DNA of 64,000 nt from IMG/VR virus record IMGVR_UViG_3300044695_002580, positions 1-64,000 of that record; one strand, 5' to 3'. The notes under the pieces were generated by a model that did not search any database, had not been told where the DNA came from, and worked only from the letters and a program-made list of their open reading frames with translations. The stretch comes from a virus. A program made the position numbers and the translations under genes. This document shows positions 41,900 to 51,484 of the stretch, in pieces. Numbering within the stretch: the stretch's first letter is position 1; every line of letters begins with the position of its first letter.

Positions 41900-43863
41900 T
41901 TTGCCTCTCCCCATCTCTGCACGACAGCAAGGTCTGCTATCAGTGGAATATCTAGTAGGTTGATGCCTTCCATAGCTTCTCTAATTGCCTCTCTAGTTTC
42001 ATCAACTAAATTATCAGGAGCTATAGTCACCAACTCATCGTGAACGGTAAGGAGGAGGCTTGCACCTTCTGGTATTAACTCATGCGCTCTAATCATAGCA
42101 AGTTTCATGATGTCAGCAGCAGACCCCTGGATACGGGTATTGAACGCTTGACGCTCAGCACCAGCACGCTCACCTGGGTTCCTGCTGTTTATTTCTGGTA
42201 AGTAACGCTTACGACCTAGTACGGTGGATACAAATCCAGCCTTTCTAGTAACCCCAATAACCTTGGCTCGATAGGCGCTAACGTTCTGGAACTTATCACC
42301 GAAGCTACTTAGCAATCCTCTAGCCTCAGTTATCGAACAACCAATTGAACGGGCAATCTTGTCTGGCCCTACGCCGTAGGCCATAGAAAGAACAAGCACC
42401 TTACCTGCTGCACGGTTTACGCCCATGACATCACCTACAGTTGTATAGATATCCCCACCTTCTAGGTAGTTCTTCTTCATAATAGGGTCGTTAGACATTG
42501 ATGCAATAACACGTGGCTCAATCTGTGAGTAGTCAGCAACTACCAGCTTGTAACCTTCTGGAGCGTAGAAGAGGTTTCGGATAGCTTTACCATGCGCGGT
42601 GGCTGGGTTGGGGACGTTCTGTAGATTAGGGTTACGACTTGAGAATCTTCCTGTCTCCGCTCCGTGCTGGATGAAGTCACCGTGTACTTTACCGTTGACG
42701 AGGAGACTATCTCTATACTCGACCTTTGATTTACCGCCTGTAGTTCTAACAACTTCTCCTCCTAGGTATGGGATTACGTATGTGGTTAACAACTTATTAA
42801 GGTCTGCATACTCAAGCATTGCCTTAACAAGTGGGTCCTTATCTCTATACGGCTCAAGCGCCTCGGCTGATACGGAGTAGTCCTCTACGGTTAACTCCTT
42901 ACCTTCGGCCTCTTTCTTAATACCTTTACCTGTATAAATCTTTGGTTTCAACCCACGACCTGAAGGCTGTGGGGAGTACAAGAGGTACTGCTTCTCTCTG
43001 TTGGAGTTAATATTAAATACAACACCAGCAGTTCTATAGATATCTTCTCTTGCCTTTTCAATGTCTGCTTCTAGTTGAACATGTAAAGCAGCCAAAGCAT
43101 CCTGGTCAATAGGTGCGCCAGCAAGTTTCATATCGCACAGCACTCGTAGAACATCCATCTCTAATGCCATGATGTTCTCTACGCCAGCCTTTGCAATCTT
43201 TTCTTTAACAACCTTCCATAACATGAAGGTGTACTTAGCATCTAGGTAGGCATACTTAGCAACAATGCTAAATGGGTGAACCTCTACCTGAGCACCAACA
43301 CCCTTCTCCATCTCATAGCCCAACTCACGCTTTAAGCAGTCATCAAGGCCACACTTATTTTTATTACGGTTGTCGTATACAAAAGAGCCAACCATGGTGT
43401 CAAAGTATGGAGTAGCAGGGACCTGACCATCAAAGTATTTGGTGATGGAACAAAGGTCGAATACTAAGTTATGACCAATCTTTAGCATGTCGCTGAAGAA
43501 CAGCGGACGCAGTGCAGTAAACACCTCTGCTGGATGTAACTGCTTAGGTGGCTCTGTAAAAACATGTGTGTGTAGCTTTTTATTTTTTGAGTAGTCAACG
43601 TCATTAAGCTTTAGGCCTTTTTCAGCCTTCTTAGCACCTTGTCCAGTAAGCGGCTTAATAACTTCAGCCAGTTCACCATTTGGGTGACCTAAAGGAATAA
43701 CATCACCACGACCATATGTAGCAAAGCTAAGCCACATAATCTCATTAACAACGGACACACCTCTACGTGGTCCAACAGTTTCGCAGTCAAAAGCAAAGGC
43801 ATCTTGTTTCAAGTAATAGGCAACCATCTCATCGAGTTGCTCTTTAGTAGTTATTATGTTCAT
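41896..43863 (-). CDS. polA: family A DNA polymerase with 3'-5' exonuclease
   Basis: DCET, HNLVFD, YAYLD; TGRFSS, DYSQIE, RAAGKVLVLSMAYG, TVHDE. Confidence 0.93.
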   Translation of the reverse strand: MNIITTKEQLDEMVAYYLKQDAFAFDCETVGPRRGVSVVNEIMWLSFATYGRGDVIPLGHPNGELAEVIKPLTGQGAKKAEKGLKLNDVDYSKNKKLHTHVFTEPPKQLHPAEVFTALRPLFFSDMLKIGHNLVFDLCSITKYFDGQVPATPYFDTMVGSFVYDNRNKNKCGLDDCLKRELGYEMEKGVGAQVEVHPFSIVAKYAYLDAKYTFMLWKVVKEKIAKAGVENIMALEMDVLRVLCDMKLAGAPIDQDALAALHVQLEADIEKAREDIYRTAGVVFNINSNREKQYLLYSPQPSGRGLKPKIYTGKGIKKEAEGKELTVEDYSVSAEALEPYRDKDPLVKAMLEYADLNKLLTTYVIPYLGGEVVRTTGGKSKVEYRDSLLVNGKVHGDFIQHGAETGRFSSRNPNLQNVPNPATAHGKAIRNLFYAPEGYKLVVADYSQIEPRVIASMSNDPIMKKNYLEGGDIYTTVGDVMGVNRAAGKVLVLSMAYGVGPDKIARSIGCSITEARGLLSSFGDKFQNVSAYRAKVIGVTRKAGFVSTVLGRKRYLPEINSRNPGERAGAERQAFNTRIQGSAADIMKLAMIRAHELIPEGASLLLTVHDELVTIAPDNLVDETREAIREAMEGINLLDIPLIADLAVVQRWGEAK

Positions 43864-43883
43864 CGCATCCTAAAAATAAGTGA

Positions 43884-43917
43884 AGGCTGGGGGCGTTGCA
43901 CGTGTTGCCCCCAGCCT
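43884..43917 (-). terminator. hairpin between SSB and polA
   Basis: AGGCTGGGGGC/GCCCCCAGCCT. Confidence 0.55.
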
Positions 43918-43928
43918 AGCACTAGTGA

Positions 43929-44591
43929 TTAAAGAAGGGAATTAGCGATTTCTTCTAGCTCTTCCCATGTGTGCTCCTTAATGATGGAGCGTGTGTAAGG
44001 CTCAATCTTTGCTACTTCAGCCTCAGCAAAAGCTGGGTCAATGCCCCAGTCCTCTGCAAGGTCGCGAGCCTTGATTGCTTGTAGGTGGTAGACAGTTTGC
44101 TGCATCTTTCCAGTGCGGCTAATAGCCCAGTAGTTCTTAGTCAAAGGTCCCTGTGGGGAGAACTCTGCTGAGTGTAGGGTCTTATAGAGACGTGGACTTG
44201 CAACCAACATCTGACGTACTACGCCTGACGGGGTGATAACTGCGATGGTGAAAGCACGCTTATCTTCAGGCTTGCTTCCGAGCTTTGTGCACAATGGGTC
44301 GTTAGGTCCAAGTGAGACGTAAGACTTCTTGCCAACAGTCTTCTGTTGTAGGAAGTGTTGCTTGTAGATAGCGAAAGGACCAGTTTGGTCAATGAACTTG
44401 ATAACGGTGAACTCACCATCACTGAACTTAAACTCAGTTGGGAAGTCACCTGATGCGGTTGTCAGCTGTTCTGCTGCTGCCCAACCTGATTGAACTGCAT
44501 TGCTGCTTGGTGTTGCTGGACGGTCATCAACAGCTGTTGTTGAAAACGCGTCTGTTGCTGGCATGTACTCGTCGGTACGGTCGATTGCCAT
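43929..44591 (-). CDS. single-stranded DNA-binding protein (gp32-like)
   Basis: IKFID..PF..YKQHF, DPLC, WAISRTG; position next to polA; strong SD. Confidence 0.6.
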   Translation of the reverse strand: MAIDRTDEYMPATDAFSTTAVDDRPATPSSNAVQSGWAAAEQLTTASGDFPTEFKFSDGEFTVIKFIDQTGPFAIYKQHFLQQKTVGKKSYVSLGPNDPLCTKLGSKPEDKRAFTIAVITPSGVVRQMLVASPRLYKTLHSAEFSPQGPLTKNYWAISRTGKMQQTVYHLQAIKARDLAEDWGIDPAFAEAEVAKIEPYTRSIIKEHTWEELEEIANSLL

Positions 44592-44619
44592 AGGGCATTT
44601 CTCCTTAGTTTCGTTTGAT

Positions 44620-45084
44620 TCATAGATTAAGCTCGGCGGACTTTATGTTCTGCCAAGCCTCAGCGATTGCGTTAGTCAATTGCTGGTTAGGCCATTGTAT
44701 CCTAGTTTTATCTAGGAGTCCAGCCTTTCCAAACAGTTCTACTATCGCATCAATTTGAGCACGTGAGTATAACCTACGCCCTCTCATCTTTTCGCCATTT
44801 TTTGTTTCTTTATCAGATAGGCGATATGGAGCCTGAGGTATGTACTCTTGTTTAATCCAGTAACGGATTGTTACAAGGGGCCTACCTAGTGCCTGTGCCA
44901 AAGCACCCACCTGATAAAACTCGTGTAGTTCTCCAGAAGGAAGTTTTCTAAACACAGCGTTGGATGTCCAGTCGGAATCATCTTTTACTGCGCGTTTGTT
45001 TTTTGGTTTGGTCTCTCTACGCTTTTTCTTACTACCTGGATAGTAAGTATCTAGGTCAGAGAATAGGTTATCAATCTCGTCCAC
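44620..45084 (-). CDS. MerR-like HTH DNA-binding protein
   Basis: YQVGALAQALGRPLVTIRYW...RRLYS. Confidence 0.75.
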   Translation of the reverse strand: MDEIDNLFSDLDTYYPGSKKKRRETKPKNKRAVKDDSDWTSNAVFRKLPSGELHEFYQVGALAQALGRPLVTIRYWIKQEYIPQAPYRLSDKETKNGEKMRGRRLYSRAQIDAIVELFGKAGLLDKTRIQWPNQQLTNAIAEAWQNIKSAELNL

Positions 45085-45478
45085 TACTCTTACCTACAAT
45101 AAATGCGTAAGAAACTTTTGGTGGGAACATAGTATCGATATCTTCTTCAGTAAGGTGTCCGTTATAAAACGCAGCCATAATTGCTGACTCATCTAATGTT
45201 GGAACCATCTTAATGCACGTATCTTTAATACCCTTTTTACTAAGGATAATCTCTGCTGCATTGATATCAAGGTTTTTAGTTACGCGCTTCTGTTTCATAA
45301 TCTGTTCTGCATCTTCTACTGCAAGAACGATATGTCCGCGCTCATCTTCAGTACCGAACTCGTCAATACTTTCTGTTAATCTTTTTTTAATCTCTGCTTG
45401 ACGCTTTGTAAGCAGGTCGACATTATCTTTCAACGCCTTAAACTGGCGTATGTCTTCTTTGATGGCATCTGTGTTCAT
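45071..45478 (-). CDS. hypothetical protein
   Basis: N-terminal coiled coil. Confidence 0.6.
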   Translation of the reverse strand: MNTDAIKEDIRQFKALKDNVDLLTKRQAEIKKRLTESIDEFGTEDERGHIVLAVEDAEQIMKQKRVTKNLDINAAEIILSKKGIKDTCIKMVPTLDESAIMAAFYNGHLTEEDIDTMFPPKVSYAFIVGKSSGRD

Positions 45479-45537
45479 AAGTTTCCTAACGTTTAGCTGT
45501 TAGGTAGAACTTAATGGATGACTAGACGGCTGTCAAG

Positions 45538-45681
45538 TTACTTTGCGTTATTAGCCTTTACGCCACGGTAGCCAGTTTTTTTCTTATTCATAGAGCCTGG
45601 CTTTTTGTAACCTGAGCCGTTTGGCGCAGCTGCTTGACGTTGAGCTAGCGCCTTAGCAATCTTATCTAGGTGCTTTCCCAT
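45538..45681 (-). CDS. small basic protein (47 aa)
   Basis: Manual ORF MGKHLDKIAKALAQRQAAAPNGSGYKKPGSMNKKK... Confidence 0.55.
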   Translation of the reverse strand: MGKHLDKIAKALAQRQAAAPNGSGYKKPGSMNKKKTGYRGVKANNAK

Positions 45682-45831
45682 TTAATTATCTACTTTAATA
45701 TAATCTTCAAGGGCTTCGATAATAATGCTGGTCACTGTAACCTTTTCAGCTGCAGCTTTCTTCTGGACCGCTGTCCACAGCTGGTCTGATACGCGAATAG
45801 TACGCGTAGGAGTCTTAGGTGAGTTAGGCAT
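45682..45831 (-). CDS. ribbon-helix-helix DNA-binding protein
   Basis: Manual ORF MPNSPKTPTRTIRVSDQLWTAVQKKAAAEKVTVTSIIIEALEDYI; leaderless TACACT-6nt-ATG. Confidence 0.8.
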   Translation of the reverse strand: MPNSPKTPTRTIRVSDQLWTAVQKKAAAEKVTVTSIIIEALEDYIKVDN

Positions 45832-45873
45832 CCTATAAGTGTACATGCCCAACGATTATCGTTGGGTGTAAAG

Positions 45874-45944
45874 CTCCCCCCCATGGATTCGAACCACAAT
45901 TAGAGCATCCAGAGTGCTCTGTCCTACCGTTAGACGAGAGGGGA
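45874..45944 (-). tRNA. tRNA-Gln(CTG)
   Basis: Cloverleaf TCCCCTC acceptor, GAGCA-CTCTGGA-TGCTC anticodon arm, TTCGAAT T-loop; no encoded CCA. Confidence 0.9.
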
Positions 45945-45945
45945 A

Positions 45946-46021
45946 TGGAGCGGTTGACGAGGCTCGAACTCGCGACCTGCACCTTGGCAAGGTGCCGCTC
46001 TACCAACTGAGCTACAACCGC
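45946..46021 (-). tRNA. tRNA-Gly(GCC)
   Basis: GCGGTTG acceptor, GCACC-TTGCCAA-GGTGC anticodon arm, encoded CCA. Confidence 0.95.
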
Positions 46022-46025
46022 ATCG

Positions 46026-46098
46026 CTGCCCCACCTGGACTCGAACCAGGGACACTCGCATTAACAGTGCGATGCTCTGCCAACTGAGCTATGGGGCA
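46026..46098 (-). tRNA. tRNA-Asn(GTT)
   Basis: TGCCCCA acceptor, TCGCA-CTGTTAA-TGCGA anticodon arm; begins immediately after the SNF2 stop; no CCA. Confidence 0.93.
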
Positions 46099-47688
46099 TT
46101 AAACGTTGGCGTTCGTCAGGTAGGACCTGAGGCTGTCAACGGTCATGGATATCTTATCACCATCTTCAATGCCCTCGCCGTCAATGATGGCGTTGGCTAC
46201 AGAAGACTTTTGTTGAAGCATCTCGTGCTGGCGCTCTTCAATAGAGCCAGAGATAATTAAATCTTGAATTACGATTGAGGGCCAGGTAGAGGACGCTCTT
46301 TGGATTCGGCCATTCCTTTGCGTCGCACTGCCTGAAGACCAAGGGAGGTCATAATTGATAAGCAGATTAGCAGCAGGAAGGTCCACACCGTAGCCCCCAG
46401 CGTCAGAACTAATAAGTACGCGTACATCGGGATTAGTATTGAAGTCAATTTTGTTACGTTCTTTAGTTTTAGCATCTAACCTCCCAGAGTACTTGCGACA
46501 AATTTCAGGACCTAAAGCTTCTTCAACCATATCTAACATATCAACATAGGTAGCAAATATAACAACCTTGTTATCGTCGCTTTGGTCTAAGAACTCTTTA
46601 ACATATTGCGTTAGGTAATCTAATTTAGGTGAGCGGTTGCACCCGTCTAAAGCACCAGTATCTACGAGCTCTGCAATGTATGAAGAACCCTCTCCACTCA
46701 TTAGTTTAAACTTTGTAGCACTAGTCTTTAATAAGTCTGGGTGAGAGCACAGCATCTTGAGTGCGCCAATCTTGGACATGATGCGACCGCGCATCTCATC
46801 CTCAGGACCACCACGACGAGACTCCATACCGTAGTGAGCCATGATGTTGAAATTAGAACCAAAAAGCTCGTGCGCCTCATCAAGGTCAGATAGTAAGTCT
46901 TGACCTATGCGTGTGTATAACTTGGATGATGCCCTGTCAAAAACAATATGCATAGGGTCTTTGTGAATTGTATCTGGAAGATACGGTGCAACATCTGGGT
47001 CCTTCTGTGCCTTACGTACAGAGGCTTCCTTCATCTTAGTGTGAAGAGTAGATAGGTTGCGGTAGTACTGGGGCGCTCCCCAAGAGTTTCTTACGATAAA
47101 AGCAGCGTCAAAGATATCAAACCTACCAAGTACGCTGGCGTCAACGAACTGCATAATGCTATACAGCTCTTCAGGCTTGCCATTTTCAATCGGAGTACCA
47201 GTGAGTGCAAATCTATACGGCGCATTGATTAACTTCTTTACTGCTCGGGAACGTTTGGATTTGAAGGACTTAATGGCTGTGGCTTCATCGAGGACAACGA
47301 ATCCTCTTGGTAGGTCTTTGATGGTATCCCAGTCATTAACAACCTGCTCGTAGTTAAGGATGATGTAATCAATCCCCGTATTCCGCCAGTCCATAGCTTC
47401 GGCGTACTGCTCTGCTCTTTTCTTTGGCGTTCCATCAATAACCAAAGCGCGTGAAGTTCCACCTGTGAATTTCTCAATCTGTCCAGCCCATTGGTATTTC
47501 AATGAGGATAGACAAATTATAAGACCAGGCTCTTTTACTTTCTTGGTATCCATCAGCCTTTCTATAGCGGCGATGGTTAACACGGTCTTACCTAAACCCA
47601 GGTCGTAGGCAACTAGAACCCTCCCGCGCTCGCACATCTTGTCGACGGCTTCGGGTTGGTAAGGTAGAAGGGTGCCAGTAAATGTCAC
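46099..47688 (-). CDS. SNF2-family helicase
   Basis: DLGLGKT, LDEAT, LTGTPIEN, SDAGGYGVDL, QRNGRIQR. Confidence 0.9.
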   Translation of the reverse strand: MTFTGTLLPYQPEAVDKMCERGRVLVAYDLGLGKTVLTIAAIERLMDTKKVKEPGLIICLSSLKYQWAGQIEKFTGGTSRALVIDGTPKKRAEQYAEAMDWRNTGIDYIILNYEQVVNDWDTIKDLPRGFVVLDEATAIKSFKSKRSRAVKKLINAPYRFALTGTPIENGKPEELYSIMQFVDASVLGRFDIFDAAFIVRNSWGAPQYYRNLSTLHTKMKEASVRKAQKDPDVAPYLPDTIHKDPMHIVFDRASSKLYTRIGQDLLSDLDEAHELFGSNFNIMAHYGMESRRGGPEDEMRGRIMSKIGALKMLCSHPDLLKTSATKFKLMSGEGSSYIAELVDTGALDGCNRSPKLDYLTQYVKEFLDQSDDNKVVIFATYVDMLDMVEEALGPEICRKYSGRLDAKTKERNKIDFNTNPDVRVLISSDAGGYGVDLPAANLLINYDLPWSSGSATQRNGRIQRASSTWPSIVIQDLIISGSIEERQHEMLQQKSSVANAIIDGEGIEDGDKISMTVDSLRSYLTNANV

Positions 47689-47921
47689 AGGGGTAGCTCG
47701 TTGACTCTATCTTTAGACCAATGAATGTAAGACCTAACGTATACAACAGCATAGGCAAGAGCAGCAACAATGAATCCGTATTGCTCAGTTGTTACTGCAT
47801 AGATAATCCATAGGCACTCATTAAAAAGAAGTAGAAGCCAACCCCAAATAGCCTTTCGTCCTACAAAAAATATACCTGTAACACCAATTGTGGCTAATAC
47901 CCAAGACCAATACTGCATCAT
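47685..47921 (-). CDS. short PnuC-like membrane protein
   Basis: Three TMs, WGW...NECLWIIYA...QYGF. Confidence 0.55.
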   Translation of the reverse strand: MMQYWSWVLATIGVTGIFFVGRKAIWGWLLLLFNECLWIIYAVTTEQYGFIVAALAYAVVYVRSYIHWSKDRVNELPL

Positions 47922-48454
47922 CTTAAATCCCGCATCCTTACAGCAATAGTTGTTTTTAGGTCCTCTATTGTACCTGCATTAAAGAAGGTCTGGTCATACT
48001 TCCAATTATCCATCTCGGTCTCTGACACATGCCCATTGACCGCCTCTACCCCAGGCCGAATAACACGCCATATCTGTGAGTTAGGAATTAGTTTAATAGC
48101 TTTAGCTTCGTTAATAAATCTAACATCAGTAACAACAAAATCTTTTTGAATACTATCTCTATTTAAATTTACAGTCTGTCGCACCCAGAAGTCCTCACCA
48201 AATAGGTCTCTAGCTCCCAAGCCTAAGTTCTGTAATAGAGTTCGTATCTCTGGAAATTCAACCTTTGCCCTGTCCCATCCGTAAGCATCTACAACACCTT
48301 TAACTCTGTAGCCTTCTTTAACAATAGGGTTCATCTGATACAAAAGCTTACGTATAGGGTCAGCAAACGCAAGACGAGTAAACCCGTACTCGGATAGATA
48401 GTTAGCCACAGTGTCTTTTCCTGACTGTGCGTAGCCAGATAGTCCAATAATCAT
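47918..48454 (-). CDS. deoxynucleoside monophosphate kinase
   Basis: IIGLSGYAQSGKDT, AFADP, LQ..G, VTDVRF.NE, HVSE. Confidence 0.88.
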   Translation of the reverse strand: MIIGLSGYAQSGKDTVANYLSEYGFTRLAFADPIRKLLYQMNPIVKEGYRVKGVVDAYGWDRAKVEFPEIRTLLQNLGLGARDLFGEDFWVRQTVNLNRDSIQKDFVVTDVRFINEAKAIKLIPNSQIWRVIRPGVEAVNGHVSETEMDNWKYDQTFFNAGTIEDLKTTIAVRMRDLR

Positions 48455-48645
48455 TCGTGCTCCTCTGGGCAACACTCTTTGCATGCCCTAATTAAAGTGG
48501 GTGAACCTCTTAATGCTTCCCAATGGTCTGCAGTAGGCTTATCACAGAACGAGCAGTACTTAGCACGCTCTTTGTTATCTGCTGCGACCTTTTCTAGATA
48601 ATCGCGCAGAGGACCTGCATCCATCCACTTAGCACTGCTGCTCAT
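48451..48645 (-). CDS. small Zn-finger protein
   Basis: CSFC...CKEC; ATGA overlaps. Confidence 0.55.
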   Translation of the reverse strand: MSSSAKWMDAGPLRDYLEKVAADNKERAKYCSFCDKPTADHWEALRGSPTLIRACKECCPEEHE

Positions 48646-49562
48646 GGCATGAATCCTAGTATGTGTCTAGCGTTTTGCAAACCCCACTCTATTTCCTTAC
48701 GAGACATGCCGCCCACATCTTTCTGGTCAGTCTGTGAGTAGTTAAAAAACCAAGACGATAGTCCAATATCCATGGCTTTAAATCGTAAGTCTTCTGTACA
48801 AGCCCGACCAGCATCATCATTATCTAACGCAAAGATAGGTCTGGTTGCCCCTCTAATCATGCTCCACTGAGTATCAGAGACAGCGCAACCATAAGTAGCC
48901 ACCCCACCCTGGATGCCAACCGACGCTAAGCGGATAACATCTAGTGGAGACTCAACAACAATCATGTCTCCACCTTTGTAGTGCTCATACCCAAATAGGG
49001 CTTCACTCTTTTTAACTCCAGTGGTGTTCTTAAAGAACCTAGTCTTCTGACCCTTCTCTTGCCAACCTAACAACTTGTTAGTCATAGGGTCTCTGATGGG
49101 GATAATCCAGTTGCCTTGGTTAGAGTTCCATTTAACACCGTACTTAGCTACTGCCTCAGGTAATAGACCTCTACTCAAAGAAATGTCTTGTGGTACCTCT
49201 TTGAAAGCGTGAAGCATTGACTCATGGATTGGGGCGTACTCTTCTTTCTTAGGTTTATCGCCTTCAATCAGTTGCTTGATACGGGCGGTAAGCCTGTCAA
49301 CAGTTAAATCTATATCTGTTATAGCATCAGTGCTACCACCTAAGTATCTAACTAAAGTTTGTAGGCCACCTTTCCAGTGACAAGAAAAACAAATAAATAA
49401 ACCATTCTCACCATTAATCCAAAATGATGGGTTATTGTCTTCTTTTCCTGTACGTTCCTTGTGAGCAGGGCAGTGCAGTTGTATCTCGCTGTTTCTTATT
49501 GATACAACCTTTAGACCTAGAACTTCTAGAGTGTCCTCAATGCTAGATGTCATTTGAGTCAA
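48642..49562 (-). CDS. DNA primase (Zn finger + TOPRIM)
   Basis: CPAH...CFSC, VVESPLD, LDNDDAG, KDVG. Confidence 0.88.
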   Translation of the reverse strand: MTQMTSSIEDTLEVLGLKVVSIRNSEIQLHCPAHKERTGKEDNNPSFWINGENGLFICFSCHWKGGLQTLVRYLGGSTDAITDIDLTVDRLTARIKQLIEGDKPKKEEYAPIHESMLHAFKEVPQDISLSRGLLPEAVAKYGVKWNSNQGNWIIPIRDPMTNKLLGWQEKGQKTRFFKNTTGVKKSEALFGYEHYKGGDMIVVESPLDVIRLASVGIQGGVATYGCAVSDTQWSMIRGATRPIFALDNDDAGRACTEDLRFKAMDIGLSSWFFNYSQTDQKDVGGMSRKEIEWGLQNARHILGFMP

Positions 49563-50769
49563 TCTCCCTAAAGGTACCTGTGCTCCAATCCCAGATAAGC
49601 GATATCTCCATACGTCCAGAGTTACGGCTTTCTAGCACCTTCAAGATACGAGTGTCGTCTACGTTTTCGTCTTCACGCTGTAGACCAAAGATAACGTCAG
49701 CATCCTGATGGAAGGAAGATGAATAACCGATTGAGTCAGCAGTTACTTGACCCTTACGCATCTTCCAGTTAAGTACCTGAGTTGTAATAACTACAGGAAC
49801 TTTGTACTTCTGTGCCATGCGCTTTAGGGAACGAGTGATATTAGTAATGGCCTGCGGAGTATTGGCTTCACCAGTCTGCTCATCAATCATCAAGTACACA
49901 CCGTCGATAAATACAATCTCTGGGTGCAACACTGATAACTTGCTAGAAATACCAGAGACTGTTGAACCATTAGCGGAGTCAACCAACCAAAACGGTTTAC
50001 GCATGTTCTCCATAGAACGTAGCTTTGCTTGGTATCTTGCTTCTTCTTCTTGGTCAAGCAAACCATTGATAAGACGTGTGTGAGAGATGCGTGCTCGCAT
50101 AGCATCGTAACGAGTCTGCTGTTCGTGGTTACTCATTTCAAATGATTGGAACATAACAGACTTATCTTGTAGGTGAACGTTCTGTGCAAACTGTAATGCA
50201 ACTGTTGACTTACCAGTTTTAGGTGGAGCAACAATCACAATCAACTGACCAGGTTGTAGACCACCAGTAACTTGGTCAACGCTAGGGAACCCTGTTGCTG
50301 TTCCAAGTAGACCTGGGTTGTTCTTACGGAAGGTGTACTCATCCCAACGCTTCTGTGGTTCATCAATAAGGTTTACATCGCTGGTCTTACCTAGGCCGTC
50401 CTCTTCTAAACCAATGATGCCAGCCTGAACTATACGCAGTCCCTCTTCGTGGTCTTTAGTAGCACCAAATGTAGTAGCTGCAGACTCAATCATCTTTAAG
50501 AATGAAGAGGAACGTCGTGCAGCAACAACGCTGTCAATTAAATACTCTAGGGCGTCAGGAGACTCATGCTGTTTCCATGATGGGAAGTTCTGCGTTACTA
50601 CATCAAGGCTTGGGCACTCTGCATACTTAGAAAAATGGTCGCGTACAAAAACCCATACACGTCTTACTTCACCATCTACAAACCATGCGTCTTTAACACC
50701 ACGGTCAAATAATGGGGCGAGGTCGCGGCTCTCTAATACTTTACTTAATAGTCGTAGTTCGTTGTTCAT
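49543..50769 (-). CDS. dnaB: DnaB-like replicative helicase
   Basis: TGF..VD..TGGL, APPKTGKS, SFEM, FIDG, TQ, QDAD. Confidence 0.9.
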   Translation of the reverse strand: MNNELRLLSKVLESRDLAPLFDRGVKDAWFVDGEVRRVWVFVRDHFSKYAECPSLDVVTQNFPSWKQHESPDALEYLIDSVVAARRSSSFLKMIESAATTFGATKDHEEGLRIVQAGIIGLEEDGLGKTSDVNLIDEPQKRWDEYTFRKNNPGLLGTATGFPSVDQVTGGLQPGQLIVIVAPPKTGKSTVALQFAQNVHLQDKSVMFQSFEMSNHEQQTRYDAMRARISHTRLINGLLDQEEEARYQAKLRSMENMRKPFWLVDSANGSTVSGISSKLSVLHPEIVFIDGVYLMIDEQTGEANTPQAITNITRSLKRMAQKYKVPVVITTQVLNWKMRKGQVTADSIGYSSSFHQDADVIFGLQREDENVDDTRILKVLESRNSGRMEISLIWDWSTGTFREIDSNDI

Positions 50770-51176
50770 TGTAAGTCAGCGAATGTCCTTCCCCAGTGTC
50801 CGTAACGTAGGAGGCGAGAGTCTACATCAACAACGCCAACTACTTCAGGTCGATAGGGAAGTTCGCTGAGCAAGTGTTTGTCCGATTCATACGCCGTGTA
50901 GTATCTAAATGGGTTAGTACCCATGTTGTCAAGTGCATCCATAGTTTCAGATAACGTATCGTTATCATATTCAAATGATACTAATTCAAGCGTGAAACCT
51001 GCCCTAGTTGTAAAAACATACAAATAGGACAAAGCATCACGTTTAAACTTTTTATTTACTTTTACGGATGGGATTACTAAAAGCTTACGCTTTACTGTCA
51101 TCTCCACATCCATAATAATGTCTGTGGTAACTAATATCCTTCTGGGGAGTTCGTTACTGATATCCCCATTCTTCAT
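50766..51176 (-). CDS. hypothetical protein, possibly HAD-like fold
   Basis: Alpha/beta pattern; coupled to dnaB. Confidence 0.5.
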   Translation of the reverse strand: MKNGDISNELPRRILVTTDIIMDVEMTVKRKLLVIPSVKVNKKFKRDALSYLYVFTTRAGFTLELVSFEYDNDTLSETMDALDNMGTNPFRYYTAYESDKHLLSELPYRPEVVGVVDVDSRLLRYGHWGRTFADLQ

Positions 51177-51484
51177 TAAAAGACTTCTATCTTACCGAAG
51201 TTTATTACAAACTCCCTGAAGGCTTCTTTTGATGAACGGGCATTACTGATGTCGTCTTTAGACGCACGACTAGAAAACTCTAGTGGGTAGTTGTCGCCAC
51301 CGTTTGCTTTGATACGTGCGCTTACAAACTTAACATGCTTACAGGTGCTACGACCTTGATAACCAGGGCAGGTGCAGTACAACTTGTTGTTGTCGTCTAC
51401 TGATACTTCATAGATACCAGGACCAGGCGACTGTGTTTGACTAAGAAACACTTGTACTAGTTTAGTTTCCATTACCTTGCTCAT
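51176..51484 (-). CDS. SWIM zinc-finger protein
   Basis: YEV...CTCPGY...CKH. Confidence 0.75.
   Translation of the reverse strand: MSKVMETKLVQVFLSQTQSPGPGIYEVSVDDNNKLYCTCPGYQGRSTCKHVKFVSARIKANGGDNYPLEFSSRASKDDISNARSSKEAFREFVINFGKIEVF

Noticed and set aside
25344-50769. Inteins or introns in RNR, PolA, RecA, DnaB
   Set aside because: Lengths are normal and catalytic motifs are contiguous.
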